A stretch of 64,000 nucleotides of DNA from a virus (lineage: Duplodnaviria > Caudoviricetes): IMG/VR virus record IMGVR_UViG_649633004_000004, positions 2,833 to 66,832 of that record; one strand, 5' to 3'. Shown in pieces: positions 36,301 through 45,373 of the stretch (position 1 is the first letter of the stretch; each line of letters opens with the position of its first letter). The translations under genes were made by a program, and so were the position numbers. The notes beneath the pieces are model-generated. The model did not search any database, was not told where the DNA came from, and worked only from the letters and a program-made list of their open reading frames with translations.

Positions 36301-39300
36301 ATCCCGACTACGCCAAGCTGCTGGAGGGCGGCGCCGCGCCCGAGGCCGTGGCCCTGGTGCGCGCGCTGCGCGATGCCGTGCCCACCAAGCCGCAGTCCTC
36401 CTGGAAGCTCAAGGGCTGGACGCAGAAGATGCAGGCGCTGCGCGGCTTCGCCGAAGACATCCTGGCCGGGCGCGCAGAGGCCGCCGCCGTCACGCGAGAG
36501 CTGGAGCGCGCCGGCATCTCGGACGTGGCCAACCAGGCGGCGCTGTACGAGGCCGTGGGCCACGACCGATCGCTCAAGGGCGTCATCCTGTCGAAGGGCC
36601 TGTATTCGATGTACGACGGTGTGCGCCACGACCCGCCGCGCACTATCTGGACCGTGGCGCGCGAGGCCAAGGCCAGCGCCTTGGGCAACTGGCCGCGCGA
36701 ACTGGCCAAGGGCGACACCCGGGAGGCGGCCATCGCAGCGTTCAAGCAGCGCGCCGCCGAGCTGCTGGCCGAAGAACAGGCGCCAGCGCGCGGCGCCACC
36801 TTCGAGATATACGGCAAGCGCGCCGGCGGCGCCCGCGCGTTCTTCATCGGCAAGAAGATCGGCCGCAACGTGGCCGAGCTGAAGGGCGGCTTCGCTGACC
36901 TCAAGACTGCGCGCCAGTACAAGGCCGACCACCAGGCCGAACTGGAAGACCTGCTGGCCAAGTACAAGGCGGTGCCGCCCGTGCGCAACGCCCAGAACGC
37001 GCCGCGCATCGGCCAGGACTACCGCAAGGGCGCCGACGTGACGCCCGAACAGTTCCAGGAGGCCTTCGGCTTCCGGGGCGTGCAGTTCGGCAACTATGTG
37101 GAGGGCGGGCGCCGCCAGCATGACCTGAACCGCGCCTACGACGCACTGATGGACCTGGCCGGCGTGCTGGAACTGCCGCCGCGGGCGCTGTCGCTGGGCG
37201 GGCGCCTGGGGCTGGCGTTCGGTGCACGCGGCTCAGGGGGCGTGGATGCGGCCGCGGCCCACTACGAGCGCGGCGAGGTGGTCATCAACCTGACCAAGCG
37301 CCAGGGCGCGGGCAGCCTGGCGCACGAGTGGTGGCACGGCCTGGACAACTACTTCTCGCGCCAGCGCGGCGACGGCGTGGGGATGATGACCGAGGAGTCG
37401 CGCCGCGGCGACGGCGTGCGCGAGGAAATGCGCGCAGCCTTCCGCGACGTGGTCTCCGCGATCAACCGCACCGGCATGCAGGAGCGCAGCCGCAAGCTGG
37501 ACGACCGGCGCACCAAGGAATACTGGACCACCAAGCCGGAGATGTCGGCGCGTGCATTCGAGAGCTACGTCATTGCCAAGCTGCAGGACCAGAGCGCAGG
37601 CAACGACTACCTGGCCAACGTGGTGGGCGACGGCGCGTTTGCGCTGGAGGGCGCCTACCCGTACCCGACGGCGGGCGAGCTGCCGCAGATCCGAGAGGCG
37701 TTCGATGCGTTCTTCCAGACGGTGGAGACGCGGCGCGGGGAGGATGGGGCGGAGGTGCTGTTCCGCCGCGACGCGGCCGCACCGTTCGACTACGACGCCA
37801 TGCAGCGCGTCGTGCTGGGGAAGGCGCCGGGCTTCTCGGCCGTGGCGCGCGAGCAGGCCGTGTCTTCCGTGCGCGGCACGGTGGACGTCATCCGTGCTGC
37901 CTGGGGCTCGAACGCGCCGGAGGTGGTGGTGGCGTTCGACATGCAGGACACGGCTGTGCCAGAAGCCGCGCGCCAGGCGGACCTGCGCCAGCGCAGCGGC
38001 GGTGCGCGCGGCGCGCCCGAGGGTTTCTACTACCGGGGCAAGGCGTACCTGATGGCGTCGCGCCTGAACACGCCTGCCGATGCTACCCGCGTGTTGCTCC
38101 ACGAGGTGCTGGGCCACCACGGCCTGCGCGGTAAGTTCGGCAAGGACCTGGACAACATCCTGAACCAGATCGCCACCATGCGCAAAGACGAGGTGGCAGC
38201 CAAGGTGCAGGAATACGGGCTGCGTGGTGTGCAGGGCCTGAACGTGCGGGAGGCCGCCGAGGAGGTGCTGGCCGAGATGGCGGAGAAGAACCCGCAACTG
38301 CACTTCGTGCGGCGCGCGGTGGCGGCGATCCGCAACTGGCTGCGCGCGCATGTACCCGGTTTCAAGAACCTGCGCCTGACGGATGACGACATCATCCAAG
38401 CCTACATCCTGCCGGCGCGCGGCTGGGTTGAACGCGGCGGTCGAGAGCAGGCGGCCGGAGGACCGCATGACAGGGTCGTGAACTTCGCGCGTCATCCCGG
38501 TTTCAGCGCTGCGGTCGATGCCGCAGTCAAGGCCGGGACGATGGGTGAGACCGGGGGGCGCGCGCACATCGAAATCGGCACGTTGTCGCCGGCGCTGGCT
38601 GCTGCGGGCATCCCCGCTGGGGATCTCAAGACATCGGCCAAGGTGCTGCAGAAGGTGGTCTTCGACCACGGCGTACCGCCCAGCGTAGTCAAGCGTATCC
38701 CGGAACTGTTGGAGAGGCCGGTGATGGTGTTCCACTCCGCTACAGTGGAAGGGAGCTTCGTGGCGGTCACTTCGGAGATGGTGCGTGGTGCGCCGTTGAT
38801 CGTTGCAATCAGCCCAGAGACTACGACAGGCGGCGTCTCGTTGAACTTCGTGCCTAGCCTGTATCCACGCGATGACCTGCAGGCCATCCAGCGCTGGCTG
38901 AATGCCACCAAGCCGGGTGAGCAGTTGCTGACCTATTTGGACAAAGAGCAAAGCCCCGCATGGTTTGGCTCAACCAGGCTCCAATTGCCTGGGGAATTCC
39001 GAACTACGCAGGGCTTGCAGTCCCGAAATATAGCAACCCAGGCAGATGTAGTCAACGCAGCGGGTGGCGAGGGCGATATCCCGATGTTCAGCCGATCGCG
39101 CATGGCCGAGCTCAAGGACGGCGCGCTCGCGCAGATCGACGCAGCCCTGAGTCACCCTGGCAAGGTCAGCCTATGGGACAAGACCGTGGGCACCATGCGT
39201 CACCTTGCCGAGCGTGCACCGGCCTTCAAGCCGGTGTTCGAGTCGGCACAGCGCCAGATCGATGATGTGGCCATGCTGGCCAACGACGCTGCCGACGTTG

Positions 39301-41960
39301 CGCCGCGCCTGCTGCCGCGCGTGGACAAGCTGCGCGACTTGGCCAAGAGGCCCATCAGCGCAGAGGACAACAAGGCCGTTGCTCGCCCGCTGTTCGAGGG
39401 CACGCTGCTGTGGGGGCGGGATCTGGACGGACAGCCCGCGCTGGCGGACGACCTGCAGAAGAAGTACGCCAACCTGGGCGCCGACGAGAAGGCCCAGCTT
39501 CTGCTGCGCGCCGGGCGCATCGACCCCGGCGTGCTCGCGATGTGGCGTGGGATGCCGCTGGCGCAGTTCGAGGCGGCGGTGAGCTCGCGCTTCGAGAGCA
39601 AGGTGATCAAGGCGGGCGTGGTCTGGGAGCCGCGCGAGCTGCGCGCGATGTTTGGACTGAACGACCAGCAGATGGGCCTGTACCAAGAGGCGCGCGGGGC
39701 AATCGACCGCTCCATCGACATGACGGCGCGTGCCGACATGCTGCGTTCCTTGGGCGAGAAGTACACGCCCATGCGCGCCGCGACGCTGGAGGCGCCGAGC
39801 CTGACCGATGCGCTGACGCTGCTGGTGGAGACGCTGGAGCAGGAGGCTCAGGCCACGCCGGACGCGCGCGAGCATCTGGCCGATCTGATGCACGGGCTGC
39901 GCCAGCGCTACGACAAGGCTCGGGAGCTGATGGCCCAGGGTTACGCGCCGCTGTCGCGTTTCGGCCGCTATACGCTGGATGTGGTGGACGCCCGGGGCGA
40001 GCGGCTGTACTTCGGCATGTATGAGTCGATGGCCGACTCCAACCGGGCCAAGATCCAGATGGCCAGCGCTTTTCCTGGCGCCACAGTCTCCCAGGGCACG
40101 ATGAGCGCCGAGGCGTACAAGCTGTTTGCAGGAATCACCCCGGAGAGCCTGGAGCTGTTCGGCAACATGCTGGGCCTTGATGCGGAGGGTAACAAAGCCC
40201 AGGACAAAGCGTTCCAGCAGTACCTGCAACTGACCAAGAACAACCACAGCGCGTTGAAGCGGCTGATCCACCGCAAGGGCATCGCAGGCTACAGCGATGA
40301 TGTAGGCCGCGTACTTGCGAGCTTCATCTACAGCAACGCGCGCCAGGCGGCGGCCGGCCTAAATGCGGGTGTGATGGATTCCGCGATCAACGCCATCCCG
40401 AAGGAGCAGGGCGAGCTGCGGGATGTGGCCATGGGGCTGCGCTCCTACATCCAGGACCCGCAGGAGGAAGGCCAGGCCGTACGGGGCATGCTATTCGCCC
40501 AGTACCTGGGCGGCTCGGTGGCCTCGGCCTTCGTGAACACCACGCAACCGTTCGCCGTGACGCTGCCATGGTTGAGCCAGTTCGGCGGCATGAAGAAGGC
40601 GGGAACACAGCTCGCGCGCGCGCTCAAGGACATGGGCACGCGGGGGTTCCAGTACCAAAGCGACTTGGCCCACGCGCTCAAGCAGGCCGAGGATGACGGC
40701 ATTGTCTCGCCGCAGGAGATCCACCAGCTCATGGCCCAGGCGCGCGGCGCGGGCGCGCTGCGGGTGGGTGATGGCACGCGGCGGGGCAACGCGCGCGCCG
40801 CGGCAGCCAACGCCTGGGAACGCACCAAGGTGGCCTGGGGCCAGCCCTTCGCGCTGGCCGAGCAGTTCAACCGGCGCTCCACCTTCATTGCCGCCTACCG
40901 GCTGGCTCAGCAGCAGGGTATGGACAAGCCGGCCGAGTTCGCGCGCCGCGCGGTACTGGAGACGCAGTTCCTCTACAGCAAGGCCAACAAACCGCGCTGG
41001 GCGCGCGGTGCCGTGGGCGGCACGTTGTTCACCTTCAAGACTTACAGCGTGAGCTACCTGGAGCTGATGCAGCGGATGTGGACGCAGGGCGGACCCGAGG
41101 GCAAGCGTGCCGTGGGCTGGGCCGTGGCCATGCTGCTGCTGATGTCTGGCGCGGGCGGCCTGCCGTTCATGGAGGATCTGGAGGATCTGATCGACGGTGC
41201 GGGCCAGCTCATGGGCTACAACGTGAGCGCCAAGCAGTGGCGCAAGCAGGTGCTGCGCGACGTGCTGGGCAAGGAGCTGGCCGACTTCGTGGAGCAGGGC
41301 GTCTCGGGGCTGCCCGGGGCGCCAGTGGACGTGTCCGGCCGCCTGGGCATGGGCAATCTGATCCCTGGAACTGGACTGCTGATGACCAAGCAGAGCCGCG
41401 AGCGCGATCTGCTGGAAGTGGCTGGACCTGCTGGCGACCTGGTGGCGCGCGGGTTCTCGGGAGCACGCAAGCTGATCACGGGCGATGTAGCCGGCGCAGC
41501 GCTGGAGGTGGCGCCAACGGCCGTGCGCAATGCAGCCAAGGGCGCCGACATGGCTTCCAGCGGCATGTACAAGGACACCAAGGGTTACAAGGTGATCGAC
41601 ACGACGCTGGACGAGGCGCTGGCCAAAGCCATCGGCTTCCAGCCGCGCAGTGTGGCCGAAGTGCAGGAGGCCAACAGCTTCATGCAACGCTCGAAGTCTT
41701 TCTACACGCAGACCAGCAGCGACATCAAGGCGCAGTGGGCGCAGGCACTGTTCGAGAAAGACGGCGCGGCTCTGGAGCGGGTGCGCAGGCGCCTGGAGGC
41801 CTGGAACCGGGACAACCCGGAACAGCGCATCGTGGTGAGGATGCCCGATGTGTGGAAGCGTGTGCGGGAGATGGGCAAGGACCGCACCCAGCGAATCGCA
41901 GCCGCCGCGCCCAAGGCGTTGCGCCAGCAGATGCGGGAGATGGCGAGGGAGGCTGGGTAG
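33357..41960 (+). CDS. Giant polyvalent internal virion protein (ParB-like, LPD-type, two HExxH, nuclease-like insert, PLxRFG)
   Basis: 2867 aa; 2x NYFDQFD; LKPTQ..IIDGHH; EDFGETLRGARK; AHEWWHGLD; LHEVLGH; APLSRFG. Confidence 0.85.
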   Translation: MADNYFDQFDSPAATESASKGNYFDQFDEKPAARSAARSAGDSAIAAGTGVIQGVKMLTDVAGADNAVSRTLGNASDALTDLESPYRKAQKQERAAKIKAAEATGSTWEEIKAHVGAFADAPLDTTLNALGTSAPTLAAAALSGGSSVAAQIAARAAPVVLGVAQGAGNIKGQVHEAVKQKHLEAGVSEAEATQRADAAQAYDGSNLGSIALGGALGGLAGGTGAEAAARRLLGRKVAAEAAEHAAPGVIRSAVTGAAKEAPMEALQGGQERHASNVALQGEGFDVPTWQGVAGQAALEGLAAAPMGGGFGVAEGMHARGRQTSDPISEGVAARQAAEAAAADAQAKADAAVPPWTTDLGAADPNAQAATAAATDANAPRVAEAQFETQPGAAPDYGNGIDYQREFDTGGMELAEGEPRALGFNPLAGTPTVFADGSVALNGEQEFQHRTGVASPSQRMGLDARTGSLSAAAVQAVDSGAHAQMQQAAAQVQAAQEAKRAKPTQKKEQEPQAMPDVDPQTGEIAQGPGMAAWSDADLSTAFRGAQSRDVRLQLAKEMQRRREQRALQAELDAEQSGTVPGADGTDTAFASVTEDAGALPARAATTTEGQMNGAQADQAQQAAAQPPQGRAAPAGQPAARGLSDGAPAQDVGAQAAPAAGPQAQAQGGEVEALRQKLRDVEARIIAAAPGAMGQGGGDIEAAMKSRKVPVTLKAQRKKLVDQVRTAQATEVKTFAPETGTLGIPRADMPQVPSQSHGGLVKHLNAQGIAHEIMTVDAAELKPTQAEYSPAKVEAAKTAGGDRAVIVSNDGHIIDGHHQAMAAAQEGKPVKAIVLDAPVDQALEAVKASPSAQASKPETPDYEAQVAEMLDPASPRTSVTIAAGHEVPESVYRAQTSLRAAPGYTMKPGKDGTVILTSTGKKSETSRKASNGEPPASPSARIEDFGETLRGARKMLYAEAYADGMAKAKELDAKAHPLSKTWPDPDYAKLLEGGAAPEAVALVRALRDAVPTKPQSSWKLKGWTQKMQALRGFAEDILAGRAEAAAVTRELERAGISDVANQAALYEAVGHDRSLKGVILSKGLYSMYDGVRHDPPRTIWTVAREAKASALGNWPRELAKGDTREAAIAAFKQRAAELLAEEQAPARGATFEIYGKRAGGARAFFIGKKIGRNVAELKGGFADLKTARQYKADHQAELEDLLAKYKAVPPVRNAQNAPRIGQDYRKGADVTPEQFQEAFGFRGVQFGNYVEGGRRQHDLNRAYDALMDLAGVLELPPRALSLGGRLGLAFGARGSGGVDAAAAHYERGEVVINLTKRQGAGSLAHEWWHGLDNYFSRQRGDGVGMMTEESRRGDGVREEMRAAFRDVVSAINRTGMQERSRKLDDRRTKEYWTTKPEMSARAFESYVIAKLQDQSAGNDYLANVVGDGAFALEGAYPYPTAGELPQIREAFDAFFQTVETRRGEDGAEVLFRRDAAAPFDYDAMQRVVLGKAPGFSAVAREQAVSSVRGTVDVIRAAWGSNAPEVVVAFDMQDTAVPEAARQADLRQRSGGARGAPEGFYYRGKAYLMASRLNTPADATRVLLHEVLGHHGLRGKFGKDLDNILNQIATMRKDEVAAKVQEYGLRGVQGLNVREAAEEVLAEMAEKNPQLHFVRRAVAAIRNWLRAHVPGFKNLRLTDDDIIQAYILPARGWVERGGREQAAGGPHDRVVNFARHPGFSAAVDAAVKAGTMGETGGRAHIEIGTLSPALAAAGIPAGDLKTSAKVLQKVVFDHGVPPSVVKRIPELLERPVMVFHSATVEGSFVAVTSEMVRGAPLIVAISPETTTGGVSLNFVPSLYPRDDLQAIQRWLNATKPGEQLLTYLDKEQSPAWFGSTRLQLPGEFRTTQGLQSRNIATQADVVNAAGGEGDIPMFSRSRMAELKDGALAQIDAALSHPGKVSLWDKTVGTMRHLAERAPAFKPVFESAQRQIDDVAMLANDAADVAPRLLPRVDKLRDLAKRPISAEDNKAVARPLFEGTLLWGRDLDGQPALADDLQKKYANLGADEKAQLLLRAGRIDPGVLAMWRGMPLAQFEAAVSSRFESKVIKAGVVWEPRELRAMFGLNDQQMGLYQEARGAIDRSIDMTARADMLRSLGEKYTPMRAATLEAPSLTDALTLLVETLEQEAQATPDAREHLADLMHGLRQRYDKARELMAQGYAPLSRFGRYTLDVVDARGERLYFGMYESMADSNRAKIQMASAFPGATVSQGTMSAEAYKLFAGITPESLELFGNMLGLDAEGNKAQDKAFQQYLQLTKNNHSALKRLIHRKGIAGYSDDVGRVLASFIYSNARQAAAGLNAGVMDSAINAIPKEQGELRDVAMGLRSYIQDPQEEGQAVRGMLFAQYLGGSVASAFVNTTQPFAVTLPWLSQFGGMKKAGTQLARALKDMGTRGFQYQSDLAHALKQAEDDGIVSPQEIHQLMAQARGAGALRVGDGTRRGNARAAAANAWERTKVAWGQPFALAEQFNRRSTFIAAYRLAQQQGMDKPAEFARRAVLETQFLYSKANKPRWARGAVGGTLFTFKTYSVSYLELMQRMWTQGGPEGKRAVGWAVAMLLLMSGAGGLPFMEDLEDLIDGAGQLMGYNVSAKQWRKQVLRDVLGKELADFVEQGVSGLPGAPVDVSGRLGMGNLIPGTGLLMTKQSRERDLLEVAGPAGDLVARGFSGARKLITGDVAGAALEVAPTAVRNAAKGADMASSGMYKDTKGYKVIDTTLDEALAKAIGFQPRSVAEVQEANSFMQRSKSFYTQTSSDIKAQWAQALFEKDGAALERVRRRLEAWNRDNPEQRIVVRMPDVWKRVREMGKDRTQRIAAAAPKALRQQMREMAREAG
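33365..33440 (+). repeat. 22-bp direct repeat encoding NYFDQFD twice
   Basis: CAACTACTTCGACCAGTTCGAC at 33365-33386 and 33419-33440. Confidence 0.85.
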
Positions 41961-41965
41961 GGGCG

Positions 41966-42007
41966 CCGGGCATAGGGTTTTGCGCACCTCTGGCGCGCGG
42001 GAACACT
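41966..42007 (+). promoter_or_regulatory. Late promoter motif copy 4 (tail genes)
   Basis: CCGGGCATAGGGTTT...GGAACACT, same spacing. Confidence 0.6.
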
Positions 42008-42035
42008 GCAGGGCATACCCCCGCAGGAGTCCCGC

Positions 42036-42437
42036 ATGGCCAACAAGTTCTATCCCAAGGGCGCCGAAAAAATTCTCAGTGCTCAAGTCAATTTCTTGAC
42101 CCACACCATCAGCGCGGTGCTGGTGCCAAGCTCATACACCTACAGCGATTCCCATGAGTTCCTGTCGGACTTGGGCACGGTAGTGGGCTCGGCAGTCGAT
42201 CTGGCCGCCAAGTCCATCACCGGTGGCGTGTTCGATGCTGACGATCCCGCCTTTGGAGCGCTTGCTCCCGGCAACACGGCCAAGGCTCTCGCGCTGTTTC
42301 GCAACACGGGCTCGGCAGCGACTTCGCCGCTGCTGTGCTACCTGGACGAGATCACGGGTTTCCCGTTCTCCACGAACGGTGGCGACGTGACCGTTCCGTG
42401 GTCGAACGGACCCTTCAAGATTCTGTCCTTGGTGTAA
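42036..42437 (+). CDS. Virion structural protein
   Basis: AGGAG RBS; GVFDADD...PLLCYLD..GFP..TNGGDVTV motif. Confidence 0.7.
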   Translation: MANKFYPKGAEKILSAQVNFLTHTISAVLVPSSYTYSDSHEFLSDLGTVVGSAVDLAAKSITGGVFDADDPAFGALAPGNTAKALALFRNTGSAATSPLLCYLDEITGFPFSTNGGDVTVPWSNGPFKILSLV

Positions 42438-42446
42438 GGGTGCGCC

Positions 42447-43523
42447 ATGGCCGAACGCTTCTCCGATAACGCGGTCGGAACACTCGCCGACGGGATCGAC
42501 GATGCCTCCACGACGATAACGCTTGCGGATGAGCCGTGGGCGGCCAACTTCGCGGCGATCTCCCAGGGAGATTTTCAGCGCGCGACGATCACACACTCGG
42601 ACTACCCGCAGCTGTACGAAATCGTGCGCATCATCGAAAGCGATGGTCTGATATTGACCGTGGAGCGGGGCACGGAAGGCACCGCAGCCCATGGTTGGGC
42701 GGCTGGCTCCAAGGTGTCCGCGCGTGTGACGGCCGAGATGCTGCAGAGTTTCGCGCCCAGGCTCGGTATCGAGGACGATCCGCAGGCCCAGTACGGGCGC
42801 CAGTTCAGGACCACCACGAACAACGGTCAGTTCGTCATGAACGGCCGCGCCAGCGCCTCGTATAAGGCGGTGCAAATTTCTGGGGTCCATGCTCTTCAGC
42901 CAGTTGCGGCGGCGGTGAGAACGAACAGCCTGGATGACGGCTACATCGACATGAACATGACCCGCGAGTCGGTTGGCGCAACGGCATTCGTTCACCTGGG
43001 TGATGGCATCCCTGGTACATGGACGGCCGGCAATTACTACTCCGAGGGTAGCTTGGTGAAGCCGCCGACGGCCACCGGCTACCACTACGCCCTGGAGATG
43101 TTCCCTGGGAAAGACTACTCCGATACGACAACACAGCCGAATTTCGACACCTACGGGTCGTGCCCTATGGCGCTGGACTCGAACGACGAGGAGGTAGGGG
43201 TGTGGGTCGCAGTACCTGATCCCCTTGCCATCGTGGAGTCTTTGCCCGGTGGAACGCGGATCATGGTGAGCGAGGTTGGGTTCATCTGCTACGAATACGG
43301 CGCCACTACCGCGCCAAGCGTGTCCATCGGCGCGGACGATGACCCTACGCTGTTCGCCAACGACATCGCGTTGTCGCAGATCGCAGGAGAGCACCAGGTT
43401 CACCGCATTTCCGTCACCGCGGGCGGGTCAATGCACCACAAGCTGCGCTTTCGGTTGGAGACGCCCGCAGAGGGGACATTCCGTGGCCGGTTCTACTGGC
43501 GCGGGCTGATCGTAGGGCTGTAA
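42447..43523 (+). CDS. Tail-associated protein
   Basis: EIVRI...LTVERGTEGTAA.GW.AG..V.ARVTA N-terminal tail module. Confidence 0.7.
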   Translation: MAERFSDNAVGTLADGIDDASTTITLADEPWAANFAAISQGDFQRATITHSDYPQLYEIVRIIESDGLILTVERGTEGTAAHGWAAGSKVSARVTAEMLQSFAPRLGIEDDPQAQYGRQFRTTTNNGQFVMNGRASASYKAVQISGVHALQPVAAAVRTNSLDDGYIDMNMTRESVGATAFVHLGDGIPGTWTAGNYYSEGSLVKPPTATGYHYALEMFPGKDYSDTTTQPNFDTYGSCPMALDSNDEEVGVWVAVPDPLAIVESLPGGTRIMVSEVGFICYEYGATTAPSVSIGADDDPTLFANDIALSQIAGEHQVHRISVTAGGSMHHKLRFRLETPAEGTFRGRFYWRGLIVGL

Positions 43524-43532
43524 GGACGGTCC

Positions 43533-44213
43533 ATGAGTTACCCACTCATCAACGGGGCACCGATCAACGACGGTGATGGGGGCGGGCAGACACGCAGCCT
43601 TCGGCCAGTTCAGTTCGGCGCACCGTCGCTACGGTTGGTGGCGGCCAGCCTGCGGCCCGTCCGGTTCGGCGTGCCGAGCGTGAAATACGGGACGGACTTG
43701 GTCGCGCGGGCCAGCAGTTTGCGGTCCGCTCGCTTTGGCGATCACACCGTCGTGCGTGGCATGCCTCCGAGCGCGACCGTGTTCCATGCAGGCAGCATGC
43801 GGCCCGCTCATTTCGGCATCCCCGAGTTCCAGTCCTCCATGAGTGCGGGCCCCGCGCAAAGCTTGCGGCCGTCCGCCTTCGGTCATCCGTCCCTGCGCGC
43901 TGCGCAGCCTGTGTCCGGCCTGCGGCCCGTCCGGTTCGGCGTGCCGGGATTGGCCATTGCGGCCGGTGTTGCGCCACTGCGTGCCGCGCGCCTCGGCGTG
44001 CCGGCGTTGTCGCTGCGCTTCGGCGCGTCCAGTCTGCGCCGCGTCCGGTTCGGCGTTCCTGGGCTGGACATTGCGGGTATGTCCTACCCCGCTGCGAGTC
44101 TTCGGACCGTGAACTTCGGAACGCCGGCGCTCGGCGGAGTCGTGCTGCGCGCCCGCGCGCTGTGCCCGGTACGGTTCGGCGTTCCTGGGATGGATAGGGG
44201 GGCGTCATGCTGA
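43533..44213 (+). CDS. Tail-associated protein with SLRPxRFGxP repeats
   Basis: About ten (S/G)LRPVRFGVP-like repeats. Confidence 0.7.
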   Translation: MSYPLINGAPINDGDGGGQTRSLRPVQFGAPSLRLVAASLRPVRFGVPSVKYGTDLVARASSLRSARFGDHTVVRGMPPSATVFHAGSMRPAHFGIPEFQSSMSAGPAQSLRPSAFGHPSLRAAQPVSGLRPVRFGVPGLAIAAGVAPLRAARLGVPALSLRFGASSLRRVRFGVPGLDIAGMSYPAASLRTVNFGTPALGGVVLRARALCPVRFGVPGMDRGASC

Positions 44214-45373
44214 CTTTCGAGAGCTTCACAGGCATCAACAACGTCTTGCCAGAGCGGCGTCTGAAGGGCAATGACCTGCTGGTGGCGAGGGATGTGGACA
44301 TCGGCCTGACGGGCGAGGTGTCGCGCCGTGGCGGGTTTACGCAGGAGTCCGATCAGTGCCACAAGAACATGCACCAGGCCCGGGGTTTCTTGCTTGCGAC
44401 CTGCGGCAGCGTGCTCACGGCCATCCATCCCGATGGCGCGCGCCACGTCATCCACCCGGCGCTGGGGCCGGAGCGGGTCTGGTATTGCGACCTGCCCGAC
44501 GGGCGCACGACGTACACGAACGGCCTGATCCATGGCGTGACGGACGGCGTGGCCGGCGTGGAGCGCAGCGTGCCTGCGCCGGCGTCGCTGGGCGCTCCAG
44601 ACGTGGCCTTCGGCGCGCTGCACCCAGGCCAGTACCGCTACCACTTGGCACATGTGCGGATGTCCGACCGGCTGGAGGGGCCGGCCATCAGCTCCGGGCC
44701 GGTCACGATCGGCCAGGGCGGCCTGCGCCTGGACGGTCTGCCGGAGCTGGACGGGCATGTCGTCAACGTCTACCTGAGCGGCCAGGACGGGGAGGGCGCC
44801 TACTTGGCGGGCGTGGCCACGGGCGGCAGCTTCGAGTATGCCGGTAGCAACGCCGCGCTGGTGCTGCCCTGCCGCACGCTGGGTGCGCAGCCATTTCCGG
44901 TCGGCACGATCACGGCCTTCTGGCGCGGGCGCGTGCTGGTGGCCCAGGGCGATGTGCTGTGGGCCAGCCGGCCGAACGCGCCGCACCTGGCGGACTGGCG
45001 CGATTTCCGGCAGATGCCGGCGCCGATCACCGCCATCCAGCCTGTGGACGACGGGATCTACGTGGGCACGACGCAGGATCTGATCTGGCTGGGTGGTGCG
45101 ACCTTCGATGGGCTCGCCTACGCGCCGACCCGCCGCGGCCCGGTGGTGCCGGGTTCTGGCGTTGCCGCGCCCGGCGACCGTATCAAGCTGGGGGATGGCT
45201 CGGGCGCTGGCACGGCCATGCTGTGCATCGCGGGCGGCGAGGTGGTGGCGGGCTTCTCCGGTGGGCAGACCACAAGCCTGACAGGCGACCGCTATCGCAC
45301 CAAGGCAACGGAGGTCTGCGCCGCCTTCCGTGAAGTGGACGGCATCCCCCAATACCTGGCAGTGCCCCAATGA
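44207..45373 (+). CDS. Tail/virion protein
   Basis: FTGINNV...DVDIGLTG..SRRGG N-terminus; within the tail cluster. Confidence 0.7.
   Translation: MLTFESFTGINNVLPERRLKGNDLLVARDVDIGLTGEVSRRGGFTQESDQCHKNMHQARGFLLATCGSVLTAIHPDGARHVIHPALGPERVWYCDLPDGRTTYTNGLIHGVTDGVAGVERSVPAPASLGAPDVAFGALHPGQYRYHLAHVRMSDRLEGPAISSGPVTIGQGGLRLDGLPELDGHVVNVYLSGQDGEGAYLAGVATGGSFEYAGSNAALVLPCRTLGAQPFPVGTITAFWRGRVLVAQGDVLWASRPNAPHLADWRDFRQMPAPITAIQPVDDGIYVGTTQDLIWLGGATFDGLAYAPTRRGPVVPGSGVAAPGDRIKLGDGSGAGTAMLCIAGGEVVAGFSGGQTTSLTGDRYRTKATEVCAAFREVDGIPQYLAVPQ

Noticed and set aside
33357-41960. N4-like virion RNA polymerase or DarB-type methylase/helicase
   Set aside because: No polymerase, methyltransferase or SF2 helicase motifs recognised, despite the size and the N4-gp56-type capsid
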